Source: Moniliella sp. 'wahieum'
Lineage: Eukaryota
Assembly (NCBI GenBank): GCA_003971905.1
Contig: RSEE01000033.1
Coordinates: forward strand, 62,001 to 126,000
Direction: 5' to 3'
DNA length: 64,000 bases
Below, piece after piece: positions 12,700 to 25,722 of the stretch. A model generated the notes under the pieces. That model was not told where the DNA came from, searched no databases, and worked only from the letters and a program-made list of their open reading frames with translations. The stretch's first letter is position 1; each line of letters starts with the position of its first letter. The translations under genes and the position numbers were made by a program.

Positions 12700-15560
12700 A
12701 AAGGCTTCCGCTGAGAGCCACAGGATGCTGTATCTATAGGCCGCCTCGCTTCGGCCTCTAAATGAACCAGTATATTATATACCTGCACTGTCATGGGGGA
12801 GGTCCCGAGGTGGGACCCACCCCTGTAGGTTAGGGGTTCCAACCCTTGGACGACCAATCGGAGCCACGTACGGCCTCAGATCCTGGTCGAACCGAGCAGG
12901 TGTAGAGGCGAGGGAGCGACCCTCTAGGTGGGGTGGCTGCTTGCGAACAAAGGCAGGAGCTCAGGCCCTCCAAGGTAGGAGCAGCGTACGGAGGTAGCCA
13001 GGCCAGTTGAAGGGGTCCAGGAACACCTCCTGGGTACCGTGGGTTGCCTGGGGCTTTGCTGCACTCGATGCGCTGTAGTAGGCGGAACCAGACGGAGTCC
13101 TAACGAAGAGCAAGGGCTACTCAGAGTAACCGCGGCTTGCAGGGGAATCAACGTGAGTCGTAAATTCGTAAGGGTGTGGTAGAAAGGAAGAATGGCGAGA
13201 GAGGAATGGAAAGTTGGAACAGGGATGGGCGTAACAGGTTGGTCGATAAGGACCACAGCTAGCAAGCCTTAGACAGGGCGGCTTGTATACAGAAGGAACC
13301 AACAGGCCTCAAGTGCCTCATTACGGTTAAAACAGAATGTGGGGAACTTCAGAGAGGTACAGACTACCGCACAGTCCGTGCTCTCAAAGGCGCTGACGCT
13401 GCGCAATCGGGCACAGCAGGTATGACGCGTGTTGGGATGAGACGCCTACGACAGGCGGGGCTCCGTGCGGAGGGAAACCGAGAGACCTATAACATGCACC
13501 GTGGGGAGTGTGTTAGTTGTTGAAGATGACTAGTAACGAGAAGATGACTGGCTGGGATTCGAGAACGAGAAGCTGTGCACAGTCCCTTGGGCTCTTTCTT
13601 TGTCCCTTACAAGTGCAGTTCTCAGTCAACATGTGAGTCGTGCACATATGTCTCGTTGGGAGTTATTCTTGTTGAGTCATCCAAAGGAGACCCAGGTGGG
13701 AAAAAGGTGGTTCAGGCCACACCACATGGCGCGAATAGATTAGTATGGAGATGACGCGATCCTTTGTCGTTATAGTGGAGAGGCCTCGATTTATCCATCG
13801 CTGGCATGAACTCTTTGGGGTAGAAGCCGCATATACTACAATAGGTGTATATGATGGGGGGGTTCCCACCTCATCGACGCCATATGCTCGATCCCGAGTA
13901 GACACACAACATCATAACAAAAGTAACCACAGAAGGGGTTGATTTTCTTAATGAGAAAGAGGAAACTGGTATGGAACAGTACATGTGTCGGGATGATGCA
14001 AGTCCTCTAGGATATGTATCAATCAACGAGAGTAGTCTGTTCTCCTTCTGCGATGAAGACACGTCTGTCAGCCTCAGGCCAGAACCATCACAAAGATGAA
14101 TGACCCACCAATAATCAGCATCCCAATCTTTAACATCTCGTTTGGGTGCACTCATGTAAAGGAATACGGACCAAAATGCTGTGGCTCTCCACCAACGCCG
14201 CAAAAGGACCCAGAAGGTGATACTTGTTACCCAGTCAGAATGTAGCGACAAATCAACGCGTTTTTGGGAACCACAAGGACGGGATCTAGAGCACACGAGA
14301 GCAGAAGGAGAGGGTGTCGTGCAGTGATCAGAACGGAGAGGACACATTGGAAAAATAGGCTCGGCCACCCGAGGCGCTTGGGGGGCACAGTTCAACCAAA
14401 AGTGTGGAATCTCCCTGCGTCTATACATAGCTATCCCTATGTGTGCATTAATGCAACATAATACGGCATGACCGAATCTGTTCTTGAGACGTGCGCCAAA
14501 GTAAAAGGGAGTGAGGGGAAAAGGAAACACGATCCATATACACTCTTGGTCAATCGGACCCCAACAACAAAAAGGCTTAATCTATTGTCCGTCGAAAACT
14601 AAGGTGTCCTGCAGGACGGGGAGAGGAAAAAGAGAACCGAGACAGGTCTCGTTCGTAGAAACGCACGGATGTGTTTGAGGGGGAAAGACTGGTGGGGAAC
14701 TGACTAGTGCCTCCCGAGTGTTAACCACACCACGGTCGATGATTGCAGCAGTACCAGAAACAATGTTATAGGCTTAGAAATTCAGGGTATAGCAGTAGTG
14801 CAAAAGCGGGGTCATCTGACCATCACGGGCATGAGAACCTCTCTCAGAGGTAGGAGTAGGTAGGAGCTCGATGAGAGAACGATCCTCTCCGAGACCTTGT
14901 AGGGAAGAGAGTGATATATAGACACAGGAACAATGGCGATATGAGCTCACGGTTGGGGGGATGTCATGGTGGGAGAGGGGTTGGCATCGCCTGGTAAGAA
15001 CGGTTGCATTTGGGGCTTCGTCGGCCGATTGTGTGTCAAAGGAAGGTGTAGAGATGAAGGCTGCGCTGGGATGCACTGGGTCAGGCAACACAACGGAGGC
15101 GCAAATAAGCCGGCTTCGGAGCAGTAGACTGTGGTGGCGCGAGCGATTCTTTCTCCTGATGGTAGGGCGGCAACTATGTTCCCCCGGGAATGTGCAATGG
15201 GTGCCGCGGCACTGATGGATGTGCGTGTGTCCAGTGCTGTTGCAGACAGAGGAAGGGGCATTGTTGAAGTTGGCGAACATGTAGGGGGGTTAGGGGGGAG
15301 GGCGGTTGGGCTGGCGCTGGGGGCGTCAAAGTGGTAAGAAGAGGTGGGTTGAGGGCTGAAGGTGGGGATGACTGGAGATCAAGTCCAGCGACGGAAGCAG
15401 CATTGGGATGATGTCGATGATGGTCCACACGAACCCTCGGTTGCCGGCTGTGTGCGCCGCAGTTTGTCACCATTTTGCGGGGATACACCTGCCGCCTCGC
15501 TACTATACATCGCCTCCCTCTAGCAATAGTAGAGCTGAGTAGACCCCCGTGTCCGCAGAG
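12700..15560 (-). mobile_element. Highly degenerate tyrosine-recombinase retrotransposon relic (DIRS/Ngaro-like); boundaries approximate
   Basis: Minus-strand motif remnants in the expected order: Gag-like DKLRR and Cys/His finger FNN..C..HTHIHQC..TH (~15200-15280); RT-like HPSAAF, YERDLS, LLGSD*PRVYMDRVSF (cf. LLG..W..YY.D..LPFG, ~14520-14570); recombinase-like YSGSSIWRR and QRW (~13790-13900). Many stops and shifts. Confidence 0.5.
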
Positions 15561-17159
15561 CAAGATCCGTGTTCGCGATAATACTCATCTCTACCATATA
15601 GTGCACCCGCTATTACTACTACTATACAAGCACAGGAGCGACACACTTAGCTTGCATTGACAGGATCGGTCGTGTTTGCGTGCGCTGGTTGGATGGTGAC
15701 CATGGGACGTGGGGTGGCGGCCAGAGTGGACAGAATGGGGGCGAAGACCGCGCGACGGTGTGGGGAATGGGACGGAACGCTGGGGTAAGTTTCCCAGGCG
15801 CAGAGGGAAGCGGCCGAACTACACCAGTTATTTCAACGTTGTATCCTGCTGGGTGGTGATGTGTGATGTGTGATGTGTGATGTGTGATGCATGTATGCGC
15901 CACCCAGCCAGCATGCCAGCACTGGAGGAGTGTGTGTGCACAGACAGGCGCCACGCCCTTTTGTCCTGGCCGGACGGGCAGAGCCAGCGATTGGCGATGC
16001 ATGATGCAGGGGGGTTGGTTGTACGTATGCGCGCGTCCGCTGAAAGCGTCAAGCGTTCAAGACGTACGTTCAAGAGCTTACATGCTACACCGCCTCAGTT
16101 TCAAGTGGAAGCGCCATCGTGCATCGCGCTAGAAAAAGCGCTTTAAAGTACGTGGGGTTGGGCTCCACCTCGTGTGCTCTGCACATGCATGATGCAATGC
16201 ATGATGCACACTGCGTGATATGTGACGGCGCCTGTCCCAACCCATGCCAGCCGCACTAGGCCAGTCTGTGCCCGACCACCCGCACACCGCCGGCGCACGG
16301 CCACACCGTCAGTCACCAGTCACGTGAGCGCGCCCCCAATCTAGGTTCGAGCAATCGCAGCACACGCCGCCGGGCACGGGGCCAGTCTCAGCAGCGCTGT
16401 GGCCCCCCCAACATCCCATCCGCTCGCCTGCATCCAACCACGCCCCGCCGCCCCCGTCGCCCGTTGGCCCGCCGTCGTGGGCAGCAGCCAGTGCGTTGCC
16501 ACTCCGCTGTGCTTCCCAGCGCCCCTCGCCCCGTCCGGCTGCCGCTTGGCGGAGACGCATCGCAGCGTGTCGTAGCCAGCACTGCGTACGATGCCCTTTC
16601 CCTCCGCCCGCCCCGACCCCCCGCCCACGTCCTGGCCTGCTCGCAGCGCTGCCCGCGCCGCTGCCGCGCTTGGCTTTGGGCCGCATGCCCATGCCCATGC
16701 CCCTGTCCCTGCCCCCGCCAAGCAAAAGGCATGTGGCACGGCAAGGCCACGAGCAAGGGCAAGGGCAAGAGCAGAGCAAGCCCAAGACCAAGACCCCCGG
16801 CAAGCCCCCCACGCCTCCGCTTCCGCTTCCACGCTCGCGCCGCCTTCTTCCCATTCGAGCCGTCCCTTCGTTGGGAGTGCGCTTTCTACAGATACGTTGC
16901 CTCGCACAGAGGACAAAAGCCGCCCCCCCACCCATCCCCCCCCCTCACGACCCCCACCCGCTGCCGTCACCTTTGCCCGATTCCACAGATAACAACACCC
17001 TGTCACCCGCACCAGGCCTGAACCTGGCCGCTGCCCGGCCTCGCCTGCTGATGCCGCTCCCATTTCCAAGCCCTCAGTGTCCGCTGCGCCCTCTTCTTCT
17101 GTATCTCCTCCGCCCGCGCGTGCATCCTCTCCTCCGCCTGCTCTAACCGTTTGCGCTGT

Positions 17160-20100
17160 ATGTCCCCCCCGCCGCTCGTGTGGCTGGGGCGCAGGGCCGG
17201 CCGTCTGGTACTGGATCCCCCGTCCGTTCCTTCATTCCCCAGCTCCGACCCCGCCCGCTTCCCGTTGGAATCATTCGCATCCTGGCCCGCATTCCCCCGC
17301 CCCGGCATCTGCATCTGCATCTGCACCCGCTCTCGACCCTGGCCCTCCCGCCTCCTCCGCGCCCTTTTCGGCCAGCTCTCTTTACCTGAAAGCGATTGGC
17401 CAGCCTTTGCTCCCATCCTCGGCTTCCTCTTCCTCCGCCACTCCCAGCCCGCTCCACTCGCCTCGCATCCACCACCGACGGCTGTCGCCCTTCCGCGTAC
17501 ATTAGGATTCTCCCCCCTCCCCGCCGAGGCGCGTACGAGCGGAGCCGAGTTGCGCTCTGTCACCCCGAGCTCGGTCCATTCGCGTGAGGATCCGTCGCAT
17601 TCACGGCAGGTGTATCGCCCGCCGCATTTGCGGCAGCAGGATTCGGTTGGCGTAGGTATGCTTCCGGCTAGTGTGGCCCATTATGACCGTGGGGTGCGTA
17701 CGAGCTCGCTGCGGGGCACGCCACGGACCACGCCGCGTCTCGCCTCGACCGCCTGGGTGTGCTCCACCTCAACGGGGGAGTCGGAGGCGGGAAACCAAGG
17801 AGGTCAAGCCCCTTGGCGCCAGCCTTCTGTTACCATCCAAGCGCCCGATGACTCTTTCACCACTCCTCCGTCCCGGGCCGCTTCGCCGCCGCCCGGAACG
17901 CACTCCCTCCTCTCGTCTCCCAAGACATTTGATTTGGCCAGGGAGCCCAGTCTGCATGGGCAGCGCCGGTCGAACGTTATGGACGCACCTGCACTGGAAG
18001 ACACGAGCCTGACCGAGTCGCTGGAAGACGCTGCGCCGGAGCCTCCTCGGTCTGGCTGCTCAGTTCGCTTCGGGCATCGTGGACGTCGTTGGGGTCCGAC
18101 TTGAGTATCCACCCCTTTGAGCGGGAGTACATGTTTGATGTGGGGACATGCACGACGTGCCTGCCCCCGGCGCGTTGGGGGCGCGAGAGATCGGTCTGGG
18201 TCGACCGTCGGGTGGGAACCGGGAGAGCATGAGCCTCACGGACAGCTACCCTCGCCTCACGTCGGACCAGTCTTGCATCTGGCATGGGCTTGGAAGGCGT
18301 TGTAGATATTTTCGACCCGGGGGATCGCCTTGCGCCAGGAATGCGGCACGACGGCTACCTCGTTCGCGTCGCCGATACGGCAGCCGGTGTCAAGGAACGA
18401 ATTTTGAAATTGAGGGGCAGCTAGAGGTGGTGCGCAAGTTGGGCGAAGGAAGTTATGCGTGTGTGTACCTGGTGCAAGAGGTGTCGACGGCCGAACCGAG
18501 AGACTCGCTGGCCGAAGCTGAGCGCCTGGCCGAGCAGGAGGAGGACGAACGTCTTGGGCGCCGTGCTCTGGAGCAGAATGGACAACAACTCGGTTCTGCC
18601 GACGCCATGACGATCCAAGCCTCCTCTGCCCTCCCCGCGTCCGTCCCCAGCGGGCCGGACATGTTCTCCGTCGGCAGTGTCGACACTGTCGTCCAGACGC
18701 CTCGTGCATCTGGCCCGAAAGACGTCTTTGGCTCGACCCCCCTTGCGGTACCGATGAGCATACAGTCTCGCTTGGAGAAGGAAGAGGACGCTGATTTTGC
18801 TCCTGGCTGGTCTGGTGCTCACCTCAACGAGGCTACCCTCCGTCCCCAGCAAAGCCCCCTCGCCCTCGCCCTCCAGAAGCAGGACAAGCAGGAGGTGCCC
18901 GATTCGTGTGCTCATCCCGCTCGAGTGCAGCAGGGAGCGTCACGGGTGGCGCCTGCGCCACCTCGCCTGCGCGACGCCTGTGCAAGGCCCGCGGCAGTTT
19001 GCACTCAAGTGCCTGTGTAAGAGGACTTGGGCCCGCGCATGCTGGAAGTGCAGCGGCTTGAGGCATCCATTCACCAGTCCCTCCCCCCGCATGCTAACAT
19101 TGTGACGCTCTACTGCACTATGAGACGCCTGAGTGGCTCTTCCTCGTCCTGGAATACTGTCCTGGGCAGGACATGTTTTACTGGCTCGAGCAGGCGCAGG
19201 ACGACATAGACACTTCCCCCTCCCTCTACAGCGAGCCGTCTCCGGAGGATGCTGCTGCCGTGACGGAGGTTGAGACGGAGGCCGGTTCGACTCCTCCCGA
19301 CCCCTCGTTGCTGGCCACGACCAGTGGCTTCTCCATCCTCTCCTGGCGTCGTCTCTCCGGCTCATCAGTCGCATGTTCCAACAATGTGCCTCGCTGTCCA
19401 ATTCTGTCACGATCGCGGGATTGCCCATCGCGATCTTAAGCCCGAGAACTTTATTGTGGAGGATCGACGGGCGTTGTCGCAGCCGTGCTCCCCTCTTGCC
19501 TCGCCAACGCCTTTGGATGGTGCAGGGTCAACCAGCTTCGTCTCTGACACCTCAACTAGTCTCACAGAGCACGATAAGTCATCGTCAAACTTACCGACTT
19601 TGGCTTGGCCACCAACCAGGAGCGGTGCATTGACTTTGAATGTGGGTCGCGTCCTTACATGTCATATGGTACGTGCTCCCCCATCCCCCCCTTTCCTTTG
19701 CCTCGGCTGTCCTCTGAATCACGATTGGGAAACAGAATGCTGCAACGATGTGGAGCCAACGTACGATCCCAAGCTGGCGGACGTGTGGTCGCTGGGGGTG
19801 ATTTTGCTCAACATGCTATTCCATCGAAATCCGTTCCAGGAGCCGTCGGAGGCCAAGTGTCCGTCCTTTGCTGCGTTTCGTGAGGATGCAGAGGACTTCC
19901 TCATGTCGGCCTTTGATGGACTGACGCCAACGGTGGCCCACTTCCTTGCCTCGCGCGTTCTCAACGATGCGTCGTCCGGCTTGCGAATCAGTGCAGCTGA
20001 GCTGGGTGTGTGGGTGGCGGACCTGCCTGCGTACATGGGCGTTACTTCCCCCACCCATCGCCCGGCGCCCTCAAAGGGCGCGAGCATGGGGTTCACCACA

Positions 20101-21817
20101 CCTCTGGAACCGTCGCGGGATCGGTCGGAAACGCTCTTTTTCTCGCGACCTGTCTCGCGTGCATCGGGCCTGCCCTCTCCTCGTGCGCTCCCCGCCTCCC
20201 GCCCCGTCCACGCTTGGTCCACCAGTCCCCGCTGGCGCAACCGCGTGGCGTGCCATCTTCGTTGGACCACCCCCCCAGGTCAGCTTGACGTTGCACCACA
20301 TGCCATCGATGGTGCTGGAGGAGAGCGCAAGGTGCTCCCCTTCCCCCGAAGACCCAGGTAGTCTCCCCGTCACACCCAGCACGACCCAGTTTACCTCCCT
20401 GGACTTGGCCACCGCAACTCCTACCGTGGGGGCTGACGGTGTCGTACCTACCCGCTCACCCGGTCCTTCGACCAAAGATGCGCCTTGTTCCACGCCTCTC
20501 CCGCGCCCTTCTTCGTCCCTTTCGTCCTGCAAGTCGGGCGCCACCGCGGCGCGCCCAGCCCTAGCCCCTCTGCGTCCGGCGCGCCTGCTGATCCCCGCCA
20601 AGCCCACTGTCGGGACCGTGGACCCGACTCTCGGCGCAGAAGGCACAATGAGTGTGGGTCCCGAGGCGCACCGGGGCCACGCACGCGGAAGGATCCTTGA
20701 CTTTGGTATCCAACTCGGACCGCCGTGACATGGCACCTCATCCGTTTCCTCGCCTTCTCCTACGCCTTTCCGGTCTCTCTGTCTTTGCCTCTGTCTCGGG
20801 CTCGGTCCCAGCTTCCACTTCTACCGTTCCATCTTTAATTGGTTCTACCCCATCCTCGGCCCTAGCTCCAGCTCCAGCTCCAGCCTCAGCCGCTGTCTCT
20901 GCCTTTGCATCTACCTCTGCGTCTACTTCTTCCTTTGCTAGTACTTCCGTTCCAGCTCGTGGAGAACTACTGTGTCCTCACCGCATCAATCATCGTCAGG
21001 TCACGAACAGAGTTTGTTTGACCGTTCCACCGCTTCTCTTCCCCGACGACGGTACAGGCAGACGTTGCACTGGGCGGACCTGACGAGGAAGAATCTGGCA
21101 CCGAACCCAGCAAGTGGTGCAGTCAGAACCGGGGCGCTGCAAGAGTTGGAGCCTGTCGTGGCCGAAGCCACATCCTCTCGCCTCCTTGTCCTCCCCGTTA
21201 CCTTCACTACATCGACTGTCCAACGAGCCAGTCTGCCCGTCGAGCCGATCTGGTTGCAAGACCACGAATGCCGACTTGGGCTCAACGTAGGTTCCCGGTC
21301 CAGCGACCAGGCCAGCATCCACTCCACCTCGTCTGCACCAGCTACCTATGCCCGTCGACCCGCCTCTCTCTCCGCCTTGCCCCTACGCTGGCCGAAACGA
21401 CTGGGCCCCATCGCCAACCGAGGCCGCAGACTGGAGACGTTGGGTTGGCCTCGACGCAGAATGAGGCTGGTAAACCGGATGGGGCCAATGATCACCCGCT
21501 ACGCCGCCTGTGCGTGGGGCGGACACCACCACTGCCCCGCCATGCAAGACACTTTCGTTCCCCCCGCCTACTCCCTTTACCCCGACGACGCACGCTCCTC
21601 CTACCTTCTCTGCATTCGCTGTACCGCCCGCACCTTCTCCGCGGGCCTTACTTCGGACTTGGGCTCGGTCCATCCTAGCGGCACGGGCAACACCACGCCC
21701 CTCGCCCAAGCGGAACCGGCGACAGCCTTGCTCGAGGCCAAGGCCGTGCCCGTGCCCAAACGGAGTGTCTTGTCGGGCAAGTCGATTAGCAATTTTTTTC
21801 CGAGGCAAGTAACGTGA
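17160..21817 (+). CDS. Ran1/Pat1-family (Sks1/Vhs1/Ksp1-like) Ser/Thr kinase; frameshifted, start uncertain
   Basis: VVRKLGEGSYACVYLV, QFALKCLCK, HANIVTLY, HRDLKPENFIV, KLTDFGLAT, CGSRPYMSY, intron ~19669-19735, ADVWSLGVILLNMLFHRNPF; long Ser/Pro-rich tail. Confidence 0.88.
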
Positions 21818-21988
21818 GCTTCAAGTGGCCGACTGTATCATATAGCTTTTTGTCTTCCCCCACCCCGTCCCATTCTCATTGTATCCCTCTTCTCATTCTC
21901 CTTTCCCCCTCCCTCCGTTCCCGCCCTTCTTTTCTCCTTCTCCTCGCTTATATTTCCTCTCTTTCCTCGCTTCCCACTTTTTCCTCTC

Positions 21989-22314
21989 TTTCCCTTCCCT
22001 TCCCTTCCCTTCCCTTCCCTTCCTTCCCTTCCCTTCCCTTCCCTTCCCTTCCCTTCCCTTCCCTTCCCTTCCTTCCCTTCCCTTCCCTTCCCTTCCCTTC
22101 CCTTCCCTTCCCTTCCCTTCCCTTCCCTTCCTTCCCTTCCCTTCCCTTCCCTTCCCTTCCCTTCCCTTCCCTTCCCTTCCTTCCCTTCCCTTCCCTTCCC
22201 TTCCTTCCCTTCCTTCCCTTCCCTTCCCTTCCCTTCCTTCCCTTCCCTTCCCTTCCCTTCCCTTCCCTTCCCTTCCCTTCCCTTCCCTTCCCTTCCCTTC
22301 CCTTCCCTTCCCTT
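21989..22314. repeat. (CCCTT)n polypyrimidine microsatellite, about 325 bp
   Basis: Pure C/T tract with occasional CCTT units, just downstream of the kinase gene. Confidence 0.97.
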
Positions 22315-24209
22315 GCGATTTACCCTTACCGCCCATAGTAACTCACTCTCCCCTTCTTTGATCTTCGAATCTCTATACGTGCCCGTGGGGTACTGGCACC
22401 GTGGCTATCCATCACATTCTGACCCATGGTTGCCCACAACATGTGACGGCGGGGACATGCCGCATGTGCCGGAAGAGGGGGGTGCTCCATTTTGGCACCC
22501 GGTAAACCGGACGACCAGACAAGTAGTGTTTGGTCCAACCACAGAACACCCCCCTCAATGTTCGCTCCATTGCCCCAAAGCCGAACCCGCTGAGGAGCCG
22601 CTCATCTCGATGATGCGATGAGCCCACTGTCATGGGGGGAACCGATTGGGCCAGACGAAAAATGCGGTCTAGAGAGAGAGAGAGAGACAGAGGCGCCAGC
22701 ATGGGCAAACTGCGGGGGTCTTCACCAGTCATTCGCTCGGAGGCGTGCGGGCGGGGGAAGAGGGGGGGCGTGGTGATGCATGATGTATCATGCATCATGA
22801 AGGTCTCATATTGAAGGTACGTTTATACATCAGACTAGGCGACTCGGTGACCGCCTTATCCCTCTGTGCCTTTCTATCTCCCCTCCCTTTGCCCCCCTGG
22901 GCGCGTCCCATCGCTCCATGCCCCAGAGGTGGAAGGGAAGTGGGTGGCTCGGGTCGATGACTCGCCGGCCAAAGCGAGCCTCATCGGCCTTACGCAGCAA
23001 CTGAGGAGTGTGCATTGTGTGTATTGTGTGTATTGACCGCCGGGTCAGAGGGCGATTCAATCGCTTCTGGAGGAGCCATGCTGACGTCATTGTATTCAAC
23101 CTGAATATTCAGCTCTGCCGGCCCAACGACTAGCTGAGAGGCGTCGGCCAAAAATATCAGAGTTGCAATCTAATCGCTTTTGGGCCTAATACCGGCCTGA
23201 AGCTTGCAGACCCTTCTCGCTTCACCATCCCATTTTTCCTCGCCCGACGACACGGAGGCTAACACCCGCCCTCTGGGCCTAATCTCCGAACACTCGGTCC
23301 GTGGCGCACACCACAACCTTCCACACCCTTCCCTGGGGTCCACGTTCCACCCTCTTTTATACCCACGCCACATCACAACCCCCCCCTTTTTACTCAATAA
23401 TCCCCTCAGATATGGAGACTTGGCTGGAAAAGCTCGGTTCATACGGCACACAGCAGAGCGTCGATTGAGCTCCTCGCGTGGGCGAGCGATGCATTCTACT
23501 TCCGGGGGGCGCCGCCTCTGATCTCAAATCCGAATGCCCGCACGAGGTCGAACGCTACAAGCGCACGTCTCTCGGTACGAAAAATCCCATCTCCACCGAC
23601 GACGTGAAAAGACCTGTTAATGCCTCAACTCAACGTTCAACGATAATGGCCGATGAGATTGTTCTTCCCAATTCACCGGCGTGGTTAGCAAAAGAACAAC
23701 CTTCAAAACCAAAAAGCAGAACCACTTCATAATAGCAAAGAGATAGACTTGTCTCCGTGATTCTTTCCTCTGCTTTTCTTTTGTCTTCTGGTCCTAGTCT
23801 CACTTACCTTCTGTATTTGAACCTTTGAGCCATCATTTTCGCATTCAGCTTTTCTGCTGTCCCAAAAGACTAGCCAGGAGAGTCTGTGCGGGCCTGAGGA
23901 TTGAAAATACGGGATGAGCGCACCCAGCTTCGTTCGGCCTGGAGAACAGCGTATGATATACGAGAGGTAAGCATCTACGGGCTGAGTGGCTGAGAGCTGA
24001 GAGAAGCTGAGAACAGTTGATATGCGCCTGCAGCTAGGTAGCCCACCTGTGCTAGCATCTTTTCGTCTATACTGACATATTTGCTGAGAAGTACCAACCC
24101 CGGCTCTTAGATCTTAAGCTTCAAGCCAATCCTGCACTAACCTTAACCGGTCGGGCTTAAGACCTGCGGAAGCTAAACGCGCTCAGCGCCTCATGAGTCC
24201 CATGGTGAA

Positions 24210-24267
24210 TGATGCATGAGGCCTGAGGCCATGAAGCTTGTGAGATCTGAGAGATCTGAGATCTGAG
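24210..24267. repeat. Mixed TGA-N4 heptad array
   Basis: TGA TGCA TGA GGCC TGA GGCC a TGA AGCT tg TGA GATC TGA ga GATC TGA GATC TGA. Confidence 0.85.
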
Positions 24268-25500
24268 AGCATCTTGTGTGTTGGCAAAGAGTGCTACAGG
24301 ACTACGACATGTGGCATGCATGACATGTGAGAGCTTCGCGAGAGTATCGGGTCTCCAGCCCGAACAGCGAGCAGCACACACCAGCGTGCGCGCACGCCCT
24401 GAACGTTAAACGCCTGTTGAACGCGTGAGCGCGTGAGCGCAGGGGCTCCGCGAGCGAGCGAGCAAAAGTCGTTTCGCCGGTGGCCAGCCACAGAACTTCT
24501 CAGCTCTTGGCATGTGACACAGACGACACATGTCACACATCAAAATGCCGTAAACAACGGGGGGATTGGATTCAAATTGAAGATGCCACAGATATCGATG
24601 GTCTGGATGATAGGGAGAACACCGCAACTGTTGTGGATTAATGTTCAACGTACCCAACGTTCAACGTCCAACCAAGATATGTCGCTCCCTCCGTAAGCTG
24701 TAGCCTCTGTAGTGGCCATTGGTGCGCCTCCCTGTTGCTCGGCCAGCATGAAGGGGGACAAGCCACTTATACGCTCCAAGACGAGCACCAAAAGCTTACC
24801 GAGATCAATGATTAATGACGCATGATGCATGATGCATGATGCATGACGCGTGTGGCGGCCGCGCGCTTCGCGCACGGTCAGGCTCTTCAGCTTGGGCGCT
24901 GTTGTGAAGGAGGGCGGCGATGATTAAGCGCGAGCGGGTGGGGCAAGCCGGAATGGAAATCTATGGAAAGAGGGCTGTTCGCAGTTCAACGACGTTCGCC
25001 CCTCCATGGAAGCCTCAGACATGCATCTCCACCCGGCGGCCCCAGCTCCTCTGAGGGCCCAGGCAAGTTGTCCTAGTTCAATGGCTGGCTACCAGAGGGT
25101 CCTGCGAAACAGGCTGAACTGTGGCCTGCGGTGGCCAACAAAACTTCGGCGAAGCAACCCAGTGGGTGGAGCGGCACCACAAGTCAAACTGTGGAAGCAT
25201 AAGCATGCACAGGCATGGGGCTCCATCTCCTTTCGGTGATAGCGATGTTTCAGTCATCCCGCAGTAGCAGAGGACGAGAGTGCTGTCTTTTGTTCGGCAA
25301 TTTAGCAGCGAGACGAGCGCCAAGCGTCGGCAGCCCTTGGGCCCTGGTGAGTGAGAATATGTTCCCAGTGGAGCTGAGCACTGCTATAGGAGGTGCTGGC
25401 CATGGATAGTAGAGGCGCTACGTTGACTAATACGTTGGCATGGCAGATGATCGATGATATGATTGTAGAGCTACGTGTCCAAGCGTTGTCCCTTCAGTGT

Positions 25501-25510
25501 TATATATAAA
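25501..25510 (+). promoter_or_regulatory. Putative TATA box of the MFS gene
   Basis: TATATATAAA about 220 nt upstream of ATG 25723, followed by a pyrimidine-rich leader. Confidence 0.5.
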
Positions 25511-25722
25511 GACCAGTCATCCATTGGTGGCTACCACCACTCCAAGCCGCACCATTTTGTCTTCTTGCACCACCTTTTCCAACTTGGCAATCCGCCACCT
25601 TTAATTCTCCCACTAATAGGTCTTCGACCACGCATCCCAACTAGCTTCCCCAACTAGGATAGCTTTTCTCTCTCTTTCCTCTCCCCTTCGCCAGACCCAC
25701 AATCTCCCCACTACGGCCTGCC

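Noticed and set aside
13663..13905. NRGLSTITTKDR resembling the Ty3/gypsy RT motif YRGLN..T.K.RY
   Set aside because: Flanking gypsy motifs are absent and the surrounding order fits a tyrosine-recombinase C-terminus better.
21814..22361. ORFs encoding FPSLP or GKGRE repeats
   Set aside because: They are translations of the (CCCTT)n microsatellite.
23170..23800. Possible gag-like or other TE relic (also 37250-38250 and 47050-47800)
   Set aside because: Composition suggests decayed repeats but I found no assignable motif.
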